From Bacillales bacterium UBA1709 (GTDB lineage: Bacteria; Bacillota_I; Bacilli_A; RFN20; UBA1709): 64,000 nucleotides of DNA. The DNA lies in assembly GCA_002317215.1 (NCBI GenBank), contig DCJD01000012.1:6579-70578 (forward strand). The letters run 5' to 3'. The notes beneath the pieces were generated by a model. The model ran no database searches, was not told the origin of the DNA, and saw only the letters and a list, made by a program, of their open reading frames with translations. The position numbers and the translations under genes are program-made. Positions 27,086-36,658 of this stretch are shown one piece after another (positions within the stretch are counted from its first letter, which is position 1; the number at the start of each line of letters is the position of its first letter).

Positions 27086-27143
27086 TTTGACTTTTAATAT
27101 TATTAATTTACAATAATAAAAGACTAATAAGGAGGTTTTTAAA

Positions 27144-27743
27144 ATGAAATTAGCAAAAAGAGCATTTACTCTTGTTGAATTATTAGTTGTTATTGCCATA
27201 CTAGGAATTTTGGCTACTGTAGGAGTAGTTAGCTATACATCTTTAACTAAAAAAGGTTATATTTCTAACACTACTGATGAATTAACTCAAGTTAAAAAAG
27301 CTATTACAGCAGTATCATTAGATGCAAACGCACAAGTATATGTTAACGCTGATAATGATGGCTTATCATTCACAGGAAAGAGTCCATATTTCTGTGTTGC
27401 AACTGTTGCTTCACCAACTCCATCAACAATCACAACAGGTGATTATTACACATTGAAGACTGGCGCTACTAAGTTAGGCGAATTCGCTTCATTTGAAATT
27501 GATAATAATGAATTTTATGATCATGCTACTTACTATACATTAGTTGCTAACAACTATGGTTGGGCAGATGTTTATTATGAAGTTTGTGAAATTATTGATA
27601 ATCAAGAAATTGCTGCTAAAATTCAAACACCTACACCAAATGCTCAAGGAAAGATTACTTCAATTAGATATATCTATAATGAAGATTTCTACGGAACTTG
27701 GGATGTAGTAAAAGATACAATTAAAGTAACAGAAGTAAAATAA
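27144..27743 (+). CDS. Type IV pilin / ComGC-like major (pseudo)pilin
   Basis: Class III signal MKLAKRA|FTLVELLVVIAILGILA with Glu5. 199 aa. A strong RBS (aggagg) lies upstream and a strong terminator follows. Confidence 0.8.
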   Translation: MKLAKRAFTLVELLVVIAILGILATVGVVSYTSLTKKGYISNTTDELTQVKKAITAVSLDANAQVYVNADNDGLSFTGKSPYFCVATVASPTPSTITTGDYYTLKTGATKLGEFASFEIDNNEFYDHATYYTLVANNYGWADVYYEVCEIIDNQEIAAKIQTPTPNAQGKITSIRYIYNEDFYGTWDVVKDTIKVTEVK

Positions 27744-27750
27744 TGTACTA

Positions 27751-27786
27751 AAAAAGGAACAAATCATAAAAAATGTTCCTTTTTTG
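27751..27786 (+). terminator. Terminator after the major pilin gene
   Basis: aggaacaaatcataaaaaatgttcct hairpin followed by T5. Confidence 0.7.
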
Positions 27787-27871
27787 TTTGTAAAAAAAAA
27801 AAAAAATAGGCAAAAAGTTTGTAGATTTGAAAATATCTTATATAATAAGATAAAGAAAAGAGAGGGTTTAT

Positions 27872-30547
27872 ATGATTAAAGCTATTAAAAAAGCCTTTAC
27901 TTTAGTTGAACTATTAGTCGTCATAGCCATTTTAGCAATTCTTGCTACTGTCGGTATCGTCTCTTATAGTTCATTTAAAGAAAAAGCACAAGTTTCTAAT
28001 GACGTTGGGTTAGTTACTCAACTAAACAGATTTGTTTACACTAAGACAAGTGAATCAATTACTTATCCTACACCATATTCTTTAATGGAAGATTTGGTTA
28101 ATGATAAAACAGGTATTGACTTATCTGAATTAGACACATTCAAAGGTGATTATCACTACGCATTCAATATTAACAAGGATGTTCAAAAATTCTTCTTAGT
28201 TAATAATAATTATGATGTAGTTGAAAACGGTAATGTTGTAACTAACAAATACAATAAAAATGCTAAATTAGATTTCTTTGTATTCGTTAAAGATAGCGAA
28301 GATGCTATTAAGATGGAACAAGCTGGATATAGCGTCTATCTACAAAACGGTACATATACTAACGAAACATTTGCCTCTTGGGAAGCTGGTCTTGATGTTG
28401 GCGATAATAAAATTAGCGCTATTAACTATGTTAATACCACAGGATCAAATAGAAGTGTTACATTTAGAACAATTGAAGGAACTTTAACTATTAATGCTCC
28501 TTTAGATAATGTTTATCACTATGGTTTTGCCAATGAAGTTATCTTAACTTCAACTGCAACCACTTCATATCATGAACTTGGTTCTACTCCAATTGTTTCA
28601 ATTAAAAGAGGAAGACTTGCTCTAGAATCAGGTTGTTCAGTACAAGTTGTTCACTTTGCATCTACTGAGGTTGCTAATGAACCTATGTATGATGATATTA
28701 GAGTAGCTATTGCTGATGGTGTAGATTTACCAATCTTTGCTAGAGATCGCGTTGAAATTCCAGAACATCAAATCAATAAGATGCTAGTCGTTGAATTACA
28801 ACATGGTTTAGATCCAGAATCATGTGATAAAGATAAGATTTATTTATATAAATACGGTATTGTTGAGCAAATGATCGTTGAAGAAGTTAAAACTTCTGTT
28901 GAACGTTATGCTGATGAAGAGGCTGTTAATGATGATTCTCAACAATGTGCAATTGATCTTGCAAACTGTTGGAGATATAACGGTCAAGATTATAAATACG
29001 GCGAATACAAAACTGATAAAACCGCTCAAGATGGTGTAATTAAAGTTTATCTTGATGGTACAGAAGAAGCTGATAAAACTGCTATTGCAGATGCCGAAGT
29101 TACTAATACTGGTATGGATTTCGAAGCAGCTACTAAGGTTGCCGCATTCGCAGGTGGTACTGGAACAGAAAATGACCCATACTTAATCTCAAATCCAACT
29201 CAATGGAATAACATTTATCCAATTCTACATGAAACAACACCTCTTAAGAAAATTACTTATTTCAAATTAGTTTCAGATGTTGATTTCACTGATTATTATA
29301 TTGATAACAGTCCAGTTGAAAATGATTATATTTATATCAATATGGATGGAAACGGACATGAACTTAAAAATGTAAGTAAATTTGCTCCTAATTCATCTGA
29401 ATCATTATTCAATTTATGTTGGAATATTACTTTATCTAACATGACTATTGACTTTGAAATAGTTTCTGATGGACGTAGCGGATATGTTGGTGGTATTAGT
29501 AAAGAACTAGGATGTACTAACCCAGATGATAAATCTGATAAAGCAGTATTTACTAACATTACAACAACAGGATCAATTATTAGAGATATAAGTGGTTTTA
29601 CTGGCGTATATACTTCTGAATTATATTGTAATGCTACATTCAATAATTGTGCTAACCACACATCACTTGTTTCTACAAGTTATGTTGCATCTATTGCTCC
29701 ACACTGTATGGCAGGTGGAAGTCAAATCAGTCTAACATTTAATGGATATTATAACTTTGCTCCAATGTATGGTGCACAAGTTGGTGGTATCTTTGCAATG
29801 TATAGTGGCGACATCAAACCACTTGTTACTGGTGGTGGAGTTGTTAACTATGGAAAGATATATTCAACAACACCATATCATGGTTGTTTCGATGCTAATG
29901 GTAACACATTCTATGATTCTAATAATGCAGTAAAAGATGTTAAAGGCGCAGAAAGTGCAACTACTTTAACTGTTACTCCTACAACTATTACATTAGGAGA
30001 ATTTGGCGATACTATTAAAACTGCCGCAGTTGCAAATGCTACTAGATATGCAATTAATATGTCATTTGCTACAGGACACTATGACTACACTCCTTCTTCT
30101 GGATGGGGCGGTGGATTCTATAGAACTCTTTCTAAAACTTATAGTGCTGAATATATGGCAGCACATAATTATGAATTCACAAACATGATTCACACATATA
30201 TTGGTGAAGTTAAAAATGATAAGCAAGATTTCTGGAGTAATGATCCAGTTGCTTATAACGGATTATATGTTAGTGACGATTTCTCAGTTGAAACTGACGG
30301 TGTAGAAATTATTGATACTTTCACAAATGGATTATATTTAATCTCATATGAAGGCAAGACTTTCTACTACTATAATTTAGATGCTAAGAGAGCTTTATTG
30401 GATAGTTCAATTCAAGAAGCTCGTAGTACAGGTAAATTCTATGTAACTGTTACTGTAACAGCTTATAAAGATAATACTATCATTGGTTATCGTTCTACTT
30501 CTTATTACTATACCCCAGATCAATGGGATGGATTTATTGCAGACTAG
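27872..30547 (+). CDS. Giant modular pilin (891 aa) with a prepilin-type N-terminus
   Basis: MIKAIKKA|FTLVELLVVIAILAILATVG class III signal. The C-terminal region of about 850 aa is rich in N/T/Y/G. Confidence 0.75.
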   Translation: MIKAIKKAFTLVELLVVIAILAILATVGIVSYSSFKEKAQVSNDVGLVTQLNRFVYTKTSESITYPTPYSLMEDLVNDKTGIDLSELDTFKGDYHYAFNINKDVQKFFLVNNNYDVVENGNVVTNKYNKNAKLDFFVFVKDSEDAIKMEQAGYSVYLQNGTYTNETFASWEAGLDVGDNKISAINYVNTTGSNRSVTFRTIEGTLTINAPLDNVYHYGFANEVILTSTATTSYHELGSTPIVSIKRGRLALESGCSVQVVHFASTEVANEPMYDDIRVAIADGVDLPIFARDRVEIPEHQINKMLVVELQHGLDPESCDKDKIYLYKYGIVEQMIVEEVKTSVERYADEEAVNDDSQQCAIDLANCWRYNGQDYKYGEYKTDKTAQDGVIKVYLDGTEEADKTAIADAEVTNTGMDFEAATKVAAFAGGTGTENDPYLISNPTQWNNIYPILHETTPLKKITYFKLVSDVDFTDYYIDNSPVENDYIYINMDGNGHELKNVSKFAPNSSESLFNLCWNITLSNMTIDFEIVSDGRSGYVGGISKELGCTNPDDKSDKAVFTNITTTGSIIRDISGFTGVYTSELYCNATFNNCANHTSLVSTSYVASIAPHCMAGGSQISLTFNGYYNFAPMYGAQVGGIFAMYSGDIKPLVTGGGVVNYGKIYSTTPYHGCFDANGNTFYDSNNAVKDVKGAESATTLTVTPTTITLGEFGDTIKTAAVANATRYAINMSFATGHYDYTPSSGWGGGFYRTLSKTYSAEYMAAHNYEFTNMIHTYIGEVKNDKQDFWSNDPVAYNGLYVSDDFSVETDGVEIIDTFTNGLYLISYEGKTFYYYNLDAKRALLDSSIQEARSTGKFYVTVTVTAYKDNTIIGYRSTSYYYTPDQWDGFIAD

Positions 30548-30558
30548 GAGAGATTATT

Positions 30559-31203
30559 ATGATATTTACAATGATAGATAAAATGTTTGAAATTCAAGGA
30601 TCTAACTTATTATTACTAGCAATTCTTTGTTCGCTAGTATCAGTAATGTTAATCATACTTATGATTCTTGGATTAGTTTCCGACAAAAAGATTAAAACTG
30701 AAAAGAAAGCTTTAACAGATGAAGCTGAGTATTATCAAAAACGTTATGAAAAAAGCGTTGAAGTTAATACATTAGTTGATGGTATTGTTTCTGCACTTGA
30801 AAAAGGCAAACCATTACCTGAAATTGAAGGTTACGTTTATAAACCTAAAAATGCTTCTAAAAAAGATACAAGACAATATGATCAATGTCTTGCAGAACTC
30901 CCAAAAGTTAAAAGACAAATCATTGAAGAATTTACTAAAGCTTGCAATGAACTTGAAGGAATTTCATCTAAAAAAGCTGGAAGAAAATTAACATATAAGT
31001 TAGGAAAATCCACAATTGCCGATATTACAATCAAGTTTGATACTGCTGTTATTAAAATCTATGTTCAAAATAAAGAATTATTAGATCGTGAAATGGTACT
31101 TAAACCATTATCATTCGATGTAACAAAATATCTAAATGTAGATAATTTAATCTTAGCTGTTAAACAAGCACATATTGTATTCGCTCTTGAAGCAAATAAA
31201 TAA
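30559..31203 (+). CDS. Bitopic membrane protein of the pilus operon (possible assembly / alignment component)
   Basis: ATG 30559 after RBS aggagag. One N-terminal TM helix (LLLLAILCSLVSVMLIILMILGLV) followed by a charged soluble domain. Confidence 0.45.
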   Translation: MIFTMIDKMFEIQGSNLLLLAILCSLVSVMLIILMILGLVSDKKIKTEKKALTDEAEYYQKRYEKSVEVNTLVDGIVSALEKGKPLPEIEGYVYKPKNASKKDTRQYDQCLAELPKVKRQIIEEFTKACNELEGISSKKAGRKLTYKLGKSTIADITIKFDTAVIKIYVQNKELLDREMVLKPLSFDVTKYLNVDNLILAVKQAHIVFALEANK

Positions 31204-31214
31204 TAAAATAAAAA

Positions 31215-31246
31215 TTAGGCATTTATATTATAAATGCCTTTTTTAT
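31215..31246 (+). terminator. Intra-operon terminator / attenuator
   Basis: aggcatttatattataaatgcct hairpin followed by T6. Confidence 0.6.
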
Positions 31247-31268
31247 TGAAATAGTGTATAATTTTATT

Positions 31269-31652
31269 ATGAAGAAAAAAACAAAAGGTTTTACACTAGT
31301 AGAAGTATTGGCTGCGATTAGCGTTGCGGCCATCCTTTTTGGACTTATTAGTTATAGTATGCTTTTTATTAATACAACAAGTAGTGAAGCGATTAGTGAA
31401 AGCGGAAGTAGCTATGCTATAAGAAAAATAAAAGATTATATTATAAGTCAACGAATTGATGATGATAAGTTTAATTATAGTGAGAATACTTTGTTTTATG
31501 ATTCATCTGTTATATTTGAAAACCTACCATTTGAAAGTATGAATATTGATATCGAAAATCATCTTGATGATAATTCAACATGGTGTACTATTGCATATTC
31601 AAGTAATAATAGTAGTGATTCAATTAATTTTGTTGTTTATATAGGAGGCTAA
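31269..31652 (+). CDS. Minor pilin / pseudopilin
   Basis: MKKKTKG|FTLVEVLAAISVAAIL prepilin signal. ATG 31269, whereas the ORF-track start is a GTG. Confidence 0.7.
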   Translation: MKKKTKGFTLVEVLAAISVAAILFGLISYSMLFINTTSSEAISESGSSYAIRKIKDYIISQRIDDDKFNYSENTLFYDSSVIFENLPFESMNIDIENHLDDNSTWCTIAYSSNNSSDSINFVVYIGG

Positions 31653-31653
31653 T

Positions 31654-32433
31654 ATGAAGGATTGTTTTACAGTATTAACATTTAATAATGTCGGTAATGC
31701 TTTTATTTCAGTTAAAACTTACAAGCGATTAATTAGTGGTAAAGATGAGTTTATTAATGAAGATTATCTTGCATTAGATGATTTACAATTAAAAAACGGT
31801 TTACCAATTAACGCAAGTTACATTGCTGAATTTATTGAAGGGCTTGATATAAATGATTATGATTTATATCTATGTTTAAATTGCGATGAAATCTTTAAGA
31901 TTACCACTTCTATGCCTCATATTTCATTATCAAAAGCTAAAAAGGTTGTTGGTCTTGATATTAAAACTAACTACCCAGACTTAGTTGAGAATTATGATAA
32001 GAAACAATATATTTATGCTACTTCTCAAGGATACTTATTTTATGATTATTTAATACCAAAAAGAATTATTGATTTCTTTAAAAAGATTTTTAAAGAAAAG
32101 AATATTAAGTATCAAAAATATGTTTTATATCCTGAATTCTTATTAAAGACTAGTGGTATTAAGGATAAAGAATATGTTTATGCTTTTAATGAGCATGGTC
32201 TTGGTACATTAATTTTAAATTATAACGGAGCATATTCTTATTCTACTTTTGCTTATAATTTTAATGCTCTAAACCAAACATATTATCAAATGGTTAGCAA
32301 ACATCAATACGAACTAGAAAAGAAAACTTTAGATAAAGTATACTGCACTTTTGGTGTTATTGGATTTAGTGCAAAAGCAGAATATAAAGAGCCATTTAAA
32401 AAATATAAATTTGAATTAAAAGGATTGAAATAA
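31654..32433 (+). CDS. Hypothetical protein within the pilus operon
   Basis: 259 aa with no TM helix or recognised motif. It is tightly packed between pilin genes. Confidence 0.4.
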   Translation: MKDCFTVLTFNNVGNAFISVKTYKRLISGKDEFINEDYLALDDLQLKNGLPINASYIAEFIEGLDINDYDLYLCLNCDEIFKITTSMPHISLSKAKKVVGLDIKTNYPDLVENYDKKQYIYATSQGYLFYDYLIPKRIIDFFKKIFKEKNIKYQKYVLYPEFLLKTSGIKDKEYVYAFNEHGLGTLILNYNGAYSYSTFAYNFNALNQTYYQMVSKHQYELEKKTLDKVYCTFGVIGFSAKAEYKEPFKKYKFELKGLK

Positions 32434-32825
32434 TGAAAAAAGCGATGACACTTGTTGAAGTACTAGTTGCATTAACAATTTTCTTGTTAATCTTTACTTT
32501 AACATTGTCTATTTATGCTTCAATTAGTATTATTTCCAAAAGGCAAAAACAATATACCTACTTTGAATCAATCTGTTTAGATATCGACAAATATTATGAT
32601 TCATATGATAAACAATGGGATATATATTACTATAATCATAATGCTGAATTTGGAACGGTTATTTATTATTCATCCTCATATCAAGTATCTCAAAATAGCG
32701 ATGCTAGATATGAACTAGAATATAAATATGATATTGATGATCATTTAGTTGTTAGCATTAAAGATATTGTGAACGATAACTATGTTATTAAAGATTTAAA
32801 TTATGGAGTATCAAAAGCGAGATGA
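32433..32825 (+). CDS. Minor pilin / pseudopilin
   Basis: MKKA|MTLVEVLVALTIFLLIF prepilin signal with Glu5. It ends on a TGA stop. Confidence 0.7.
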   Translation: MKKAMTLVEVLVALTIFLLIFTLTLSIYASISIISKRQKQYTYFESICLDIDKYYDSYDKQWDIYYYNHNAEFGTVIYYSSSYQVSQNSDARYELEYKYDIDDHLVVSIKDIVNDNYVIKDLNYGVSKAR

Positions 32826-32995
32826 AAACTAAGAAAGCTAGTGCATTACTTGTTACATTCATTGTCTGTCTTGTTCTATTAATCTTAGTTGTTGGAACAC
32901 TTTCATTAGTTGTTCGTTATAATCTTGATGTTAATAGAAGAAGTGATTTACTTGAAAATAAAGTATACAACGTTATAAAAGGAGAAATATGGTAA
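32822..32995 (+). CDS. Small pilin-like membrane protein (57 aa), ComGG-like, without Glu5
   Basis: MKTKKASALLVTFIVCLVLLILVVGTLSLVV. Absent from the ORF track because it is under 60 aa. Its start overlaps the previous gene (ATGA). Confidence 0.4.
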   Translation: MKTKKASALLVTFIVCLVLLILVVGTLSLVVRYNLDVNRRSDLLENKVYNVIKGEIW

Positions 32996-33762
32996 ACATT
33001 ATTATTGGTTTATTTATATTTGTTATTGGAACTTGCTTCGCAAGCTTCTTTGGCGTTGTTATAAGTAGAGTACCAAACAAAATGTCAATTGTTAAACCTG
33101 ATAGTCATTGCTTCAATTGCGATCATGAACTTAAATGGTATGAGAATATTCCTTTGATTTCTTATATAGTATTAAAAGGAAAATGCAGTAATTGTAATAC
33201 TAAGATTGGTATTTTCTCGTTTATCTATGAATTAGTTGGTGGATTAGTTCCATTATTTATATTTATTAAGTTTGGAATTAATGTTGAATCAATATTAATA
33301 ATGGTTATTAGTTTAATTCTTTTATTAATGGCCGGATACGACTATAAAACAAATACTATATTAGATATTATGTGGATGGTATTTGGAATATTAGTATTAA
33401 TGTTATTTATGTATCGTTCTATATTCTTATTTATTCCATTTAAAAACTACCTAATTAGTTTTGCTATTGGATCAATTATATTTATATTTATTAAGTTATT
33501 TGGTTTATTTATTTTAAAGATGGATATTTTAGGAACTGGCGATGTCATTGTTTTTGGACTATCTTGTTTATTATTTAATCCACTTGGTATTTTAATTAGT
33601 TTAATAATTAGTTGTGTTCCAGGATCAATTATTGAATTAATTAAATTATCAAAATCTAAAGAAGAAAAAGAAATTGCCTTTCTTCCTTATTTAGCATTTG
33701 GAATATATATCGCAATTCTTTTTACTCCATTTATTACTAATTTATTATTTGAGGTGATCTAA
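32989..33762 (+). CDS. pilD: Prepilin peptidase (A24 family, PilD/ComC)
   Basis: N-terminal tetracysteine CFNC...CSNC zinc motif followed by polytopic membrane helices. Confidence 0.8.
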   Translation: MVNIIIGLFIFVIGTCFASFFGVVISRVPNKMSIVKPDSHCFNCDHELKWYENIPLISYIVLKGKCSNCNTKIGIFSFIYELVGGLVPLFIFIKFGINVESILIMVISLILLLMAGYDYKTNTILDIMWMVFGILVLMLFMYRSIFLFIPFKNYLISFAIGSIIFIFIKLFGLFILKMDILGTGDVIVFGLSCLLFNPLGILISLIISCVPGSIIELIKLSKSKEEKEIAFLPYLAFGIYIAILFTPFITNLLFEVI

Positions 33763-33763
33763 T

Positions 33764-34969
33764 ATGCCATTTTATAGATGCAAAGTATATAACCAACTTG
33801 GAAAACAAATCGTTACTTATAAAGAAGCAACTGATGAAACAAGTTTAAAAGCTAATTTAAAAACCGATTGTTTGATTTTGATTAATGCTAGTGTTGTCAA
33901 AGAAAAAGAACCAAATGTATTTTTTAGTGTTTCTAGTAAAATTAAAAGAAGCGAAGTTATTATGTTTTTAAGACAATTCTCCGTTTTAATTAGTAGTAGC
34001 GTTTCTATAGCTGATGCATTAAGTAGTTTAAAATCTCAAAGATATTCTAAACCATTCATGAAAGTATTAATGGAGATATATCGTGATGTAATGAGTGGAA
34101 AACTATTATCAGAAGCTTTTGGAGTTCATCCTAAAGTATTCCCAAGATTTTTCGTTGAAATGGTTGCAATTGGTGAAGTATCAGGATCTCTTGATAATGT
34201 ATTAAAGCAAATGGCAGATTATTATGAGAAAGATAATAAAATCAAAGGGAAAGCTAAAGCTGCTTTAACTTATCCTTCTATATTATTTGTCATGATTAAT
34301 ATTGTTATTATATTTATGAGTTTTGTTATCTTGCCTCAATTTGAAAATATGTTTATTGAATTTGGAGGGACTGTTCCAAAATTTACTACAACAATATTAG
34401 ATATTGCTTACTATATTCGTACAAATCTATTCTATATTATTGTTGGCTTACTTACTTTCTTCTCTTTATTATATTTATATTTTCAAACTAAATCAGGCAA
34501 ATATTCCAAAGATAAGATTGCCTTACATTTACCTTTTGTAGGGAGAATTAATAGAGCAATTATTACATCAAGATTTACTAAAGCATTCGTCATATTATTA
34601 AACAGTGGTATGAATATAAGCGATTGTATGGAAAACTTAAAAAGAGTATTAACTAACCAAGTTTTCTCTAAGAAATTTGATTATGCTATTACGGAAGTTA
34701 AAAGAGGTAAATCGATTGCAAGATCAATTGAGAATACAGATATGTTCCCAAGCATCTTAATTGAAATGATTAAAGTTGGAGAAAAAAGTGGCAACTTAGA
34801 AGAAGTATTAAATTCAACTTCAGGTTTCTATGATGATGAAGTTGAAAGAAGTATATCCAAAGCAACGGCGGCACTTGAACCTATTATGATATTATTCCTA
34901 GGTGCGGTAGTAGTTGTTGTACTATTAAGCGTTTATATACCAATGCTTGACTTAATGAATCAAATTTAG
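33764..34969 (+). CDS. pilC: Type IV pilus / T2SS platform protein (GspF/PilC/ComGB)
   Basis: 401 aa with two T2SSF repeats, each followed by TM segments. Confidence 0.8.
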   Translation: MPFYRCKVYNQLGKQIVTYKEATDETSLKANLKTDCLILINASVVKEKEPNVFFSVSSKIKRSEVIMFLRQFSVLISSSVSIADALSSLKSQRYSKPFMKVLMEIYRDVMSGKLLSEAFGVHPKVFPRFFVEMVAIGEVSGSLDNVLKQMADYYEKDNKIKGKAKAALTYPSILFVMINIVIIFMSFVILPQFENMFIEFGGTVPKFTTTILDIAYYIRTNLFYIIVGLLTFFSLLYLYFQTKSGKYSKDKIALHLPFVGRINRAIITSRFTKAFVILLNSGMNISDCMENLKRVLTNQVFSKKFDYAITEVKRGKSIARSIENTDMFPSILIEMIKVGEKSGNLEEVLNSTSGFYDDEVERSISKATAALEPIMILFLGAVVVVVLLSVYIPMLDLMNQI

Positions 34970-34981
34970 GAGGGTTTAAAT

Positions 34982-36658
34982 ATGATAATCAATGAAAGAT
35001 TTGCAAAATACCTAGAGACAAATAGCTCAATTAGTCCAGAAATGATCAATAAATATCTTGATATTTCAGATAAAAATGAGACGCCAATTTATTTTGAAAT
35101 TATTAAAGAACCTAAAGTTTCTGAAGAAGAAGTATATCGTTTACTTGCTACATTCTTTAAAACCGAATATCGTTATGTTCAATTATCAGAATTAAATTTC
35201 CCATTAATTGATAAATTTCCTCGTGCAAAATTAATCGAATTTAAAACTGTTCCAATTGAAGAAAATGAAGATAGTGTTTCTTTTATTCTTTCAAACCCAT
35301 TAAGATTTGAAGATTTACAAGAATTTAAAGCAATTACTCCAAAACAAATTAGATGCTATGTTTCAACAACTTCTAATATTAATGATTTAGTTTCTTATAT
35401 TGATAACAAAGCACAACAAAGAAGTGTTATGGAAGGTTTGGATAGCGATTCTAATTTTAAAGATAGCGAGAATAATGGTAATAAAACTGTTGAGATTGAT
35501 GCTCCTGTTATTAAACTTTGTGACTCTATTTTAAAAGATGCAATCAGTAGAAAAGCTAGTGATATTCATATTGAGCCTTTCCAAGAAGACTTATTATTAA
35601 GATTTAGAATAGATGGTAAATTAAGCGTTGTTGATCATCTAAACTTGAACATGTATCAAGCAATTTTAGCTCGTTATAAAATTATGGCCGAGATGAATAT
35701 TGCTGAACGTCGTGTTCCCCAAGATGGTAAAATTAATATGAGTATAAGCGGGGTTGAATTTGACTTCCGTGTCTCAACAATACCTACAATCAATGGTGAG
35801 AAAATAGTTATAAGAATATTCAATAACTCCTTATCTACAGCCAATATTAATAGTTTAGGATATAATGAAAATGAACAAAAATTAGTTCTAAACATGATTT
35901 CAAGACCACATGGAATAATATTACTTACTGGTCCAACTGGATCTGGTAAATCAACATCATTATATACATTTTTAAGACACCTAAATAAAGAAGATACTAA
36001 TATTATTACGGTTGAAGATCCAGTTGAAAATGTTATTGATGGTATAAATCAAGTTCAAGTTAATCCAAAAGCAAATATGACTTTTGCTAATGCATTAAGA
36101 TCTATATTAAGACAAGACCCTAATATTATAATGATTGGTGAAATTCGTGATGAAGAAACAGCTGCCATTGCAACTCGTGCTGCTATTACTGGTCACTTAG
36201 TTTTATCTACATTACATACCAATAGTGCAACTGGAGTTGTATCAAGACTTGTTAATATGGGAGTTGCCCCTTATTTAGTTGCTGATAGTTTACTTGGAGC
36301 AATCTCTCAAAGACTTGTTAGAAGATTATGCCCAAAATGTAAAAAGGAACACTTAACTACTAAAGCTGAAATGGAAATATTAGGTTTAGATAAACCTACT
36401 AAAATTTGTTCTCCAGTAGGCTGTCCTGCATGTAACAATACAGGATATAGTGGTAGAACTGGTGTATTTGAGATTATGGTTTGCGATGATAGTGTTCGTA
36501 GTGCAATTATGAACGATCATTTCTCAACTGAATTATTAAATAATGTTGTAGAAGGTAAAATGGTTTCTTTAATTGATAATTGTAAAGAAAAGATTTTACA
36601 AGGAATTACAAGCATTGAAGAATACAATGAATTATCTGAGGTTGTTAAAACAAAATAA
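34982..36658 (+). CDS. pilB: Type IV pilus assembly ATPase (GspE/PilB/ComGA)
   Basis: Walker A LLTGPTGSGKST, Asp box, His box, and a C-terminal tetracysteine CPKC...CPAC. Confidence 0.85.
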   Translation: MIINERFAKYLETNSSISPEMINKYLDISDKNETPIYFEIIKEPKVSEEEVYRLLATFFKTEYRYVQLSELNFPLIDKFPRAKLIEFKTVPIEENEDSVSFILSNPLRFEDLQEFKAITPKQIRCYVSTTSNINDLVSYIDNKAQQRSVMEGLDSDSNFKDSENNGNKTVEIDAPVIKLCDSILKDAISRKASDIHIEPFQEDLLLRFRIDGKLSVVDHLNLNMYQAILARYKIMAEMNIAERRVPQDGKINMSISGVEFDFRVSTIPTINGEKIVIRIFNNSLSTANINSLGYNENEQKLVLNMISRPHGIILLTGPTGSGKSTSLYTFLRHLNKEDTNIITVEDPVENVIDGINQVQVNPKANMTFANALRSILRQDPNIIMIGEIRDEETAAIATRAAITGHLVLSTLHTNSATGVVSRLVNMGVAPYLVADSLLGAISQRLVRRLCPKCKKEHLTTKAEMEILGLDKPTKICSPVGCPACNNTGYSGRTGVFEIMVCDDSVRSAIMNDHFSTELLNNVVEGKMVSLIDNCKEKILQGITSIEEYNELSEVVKTK

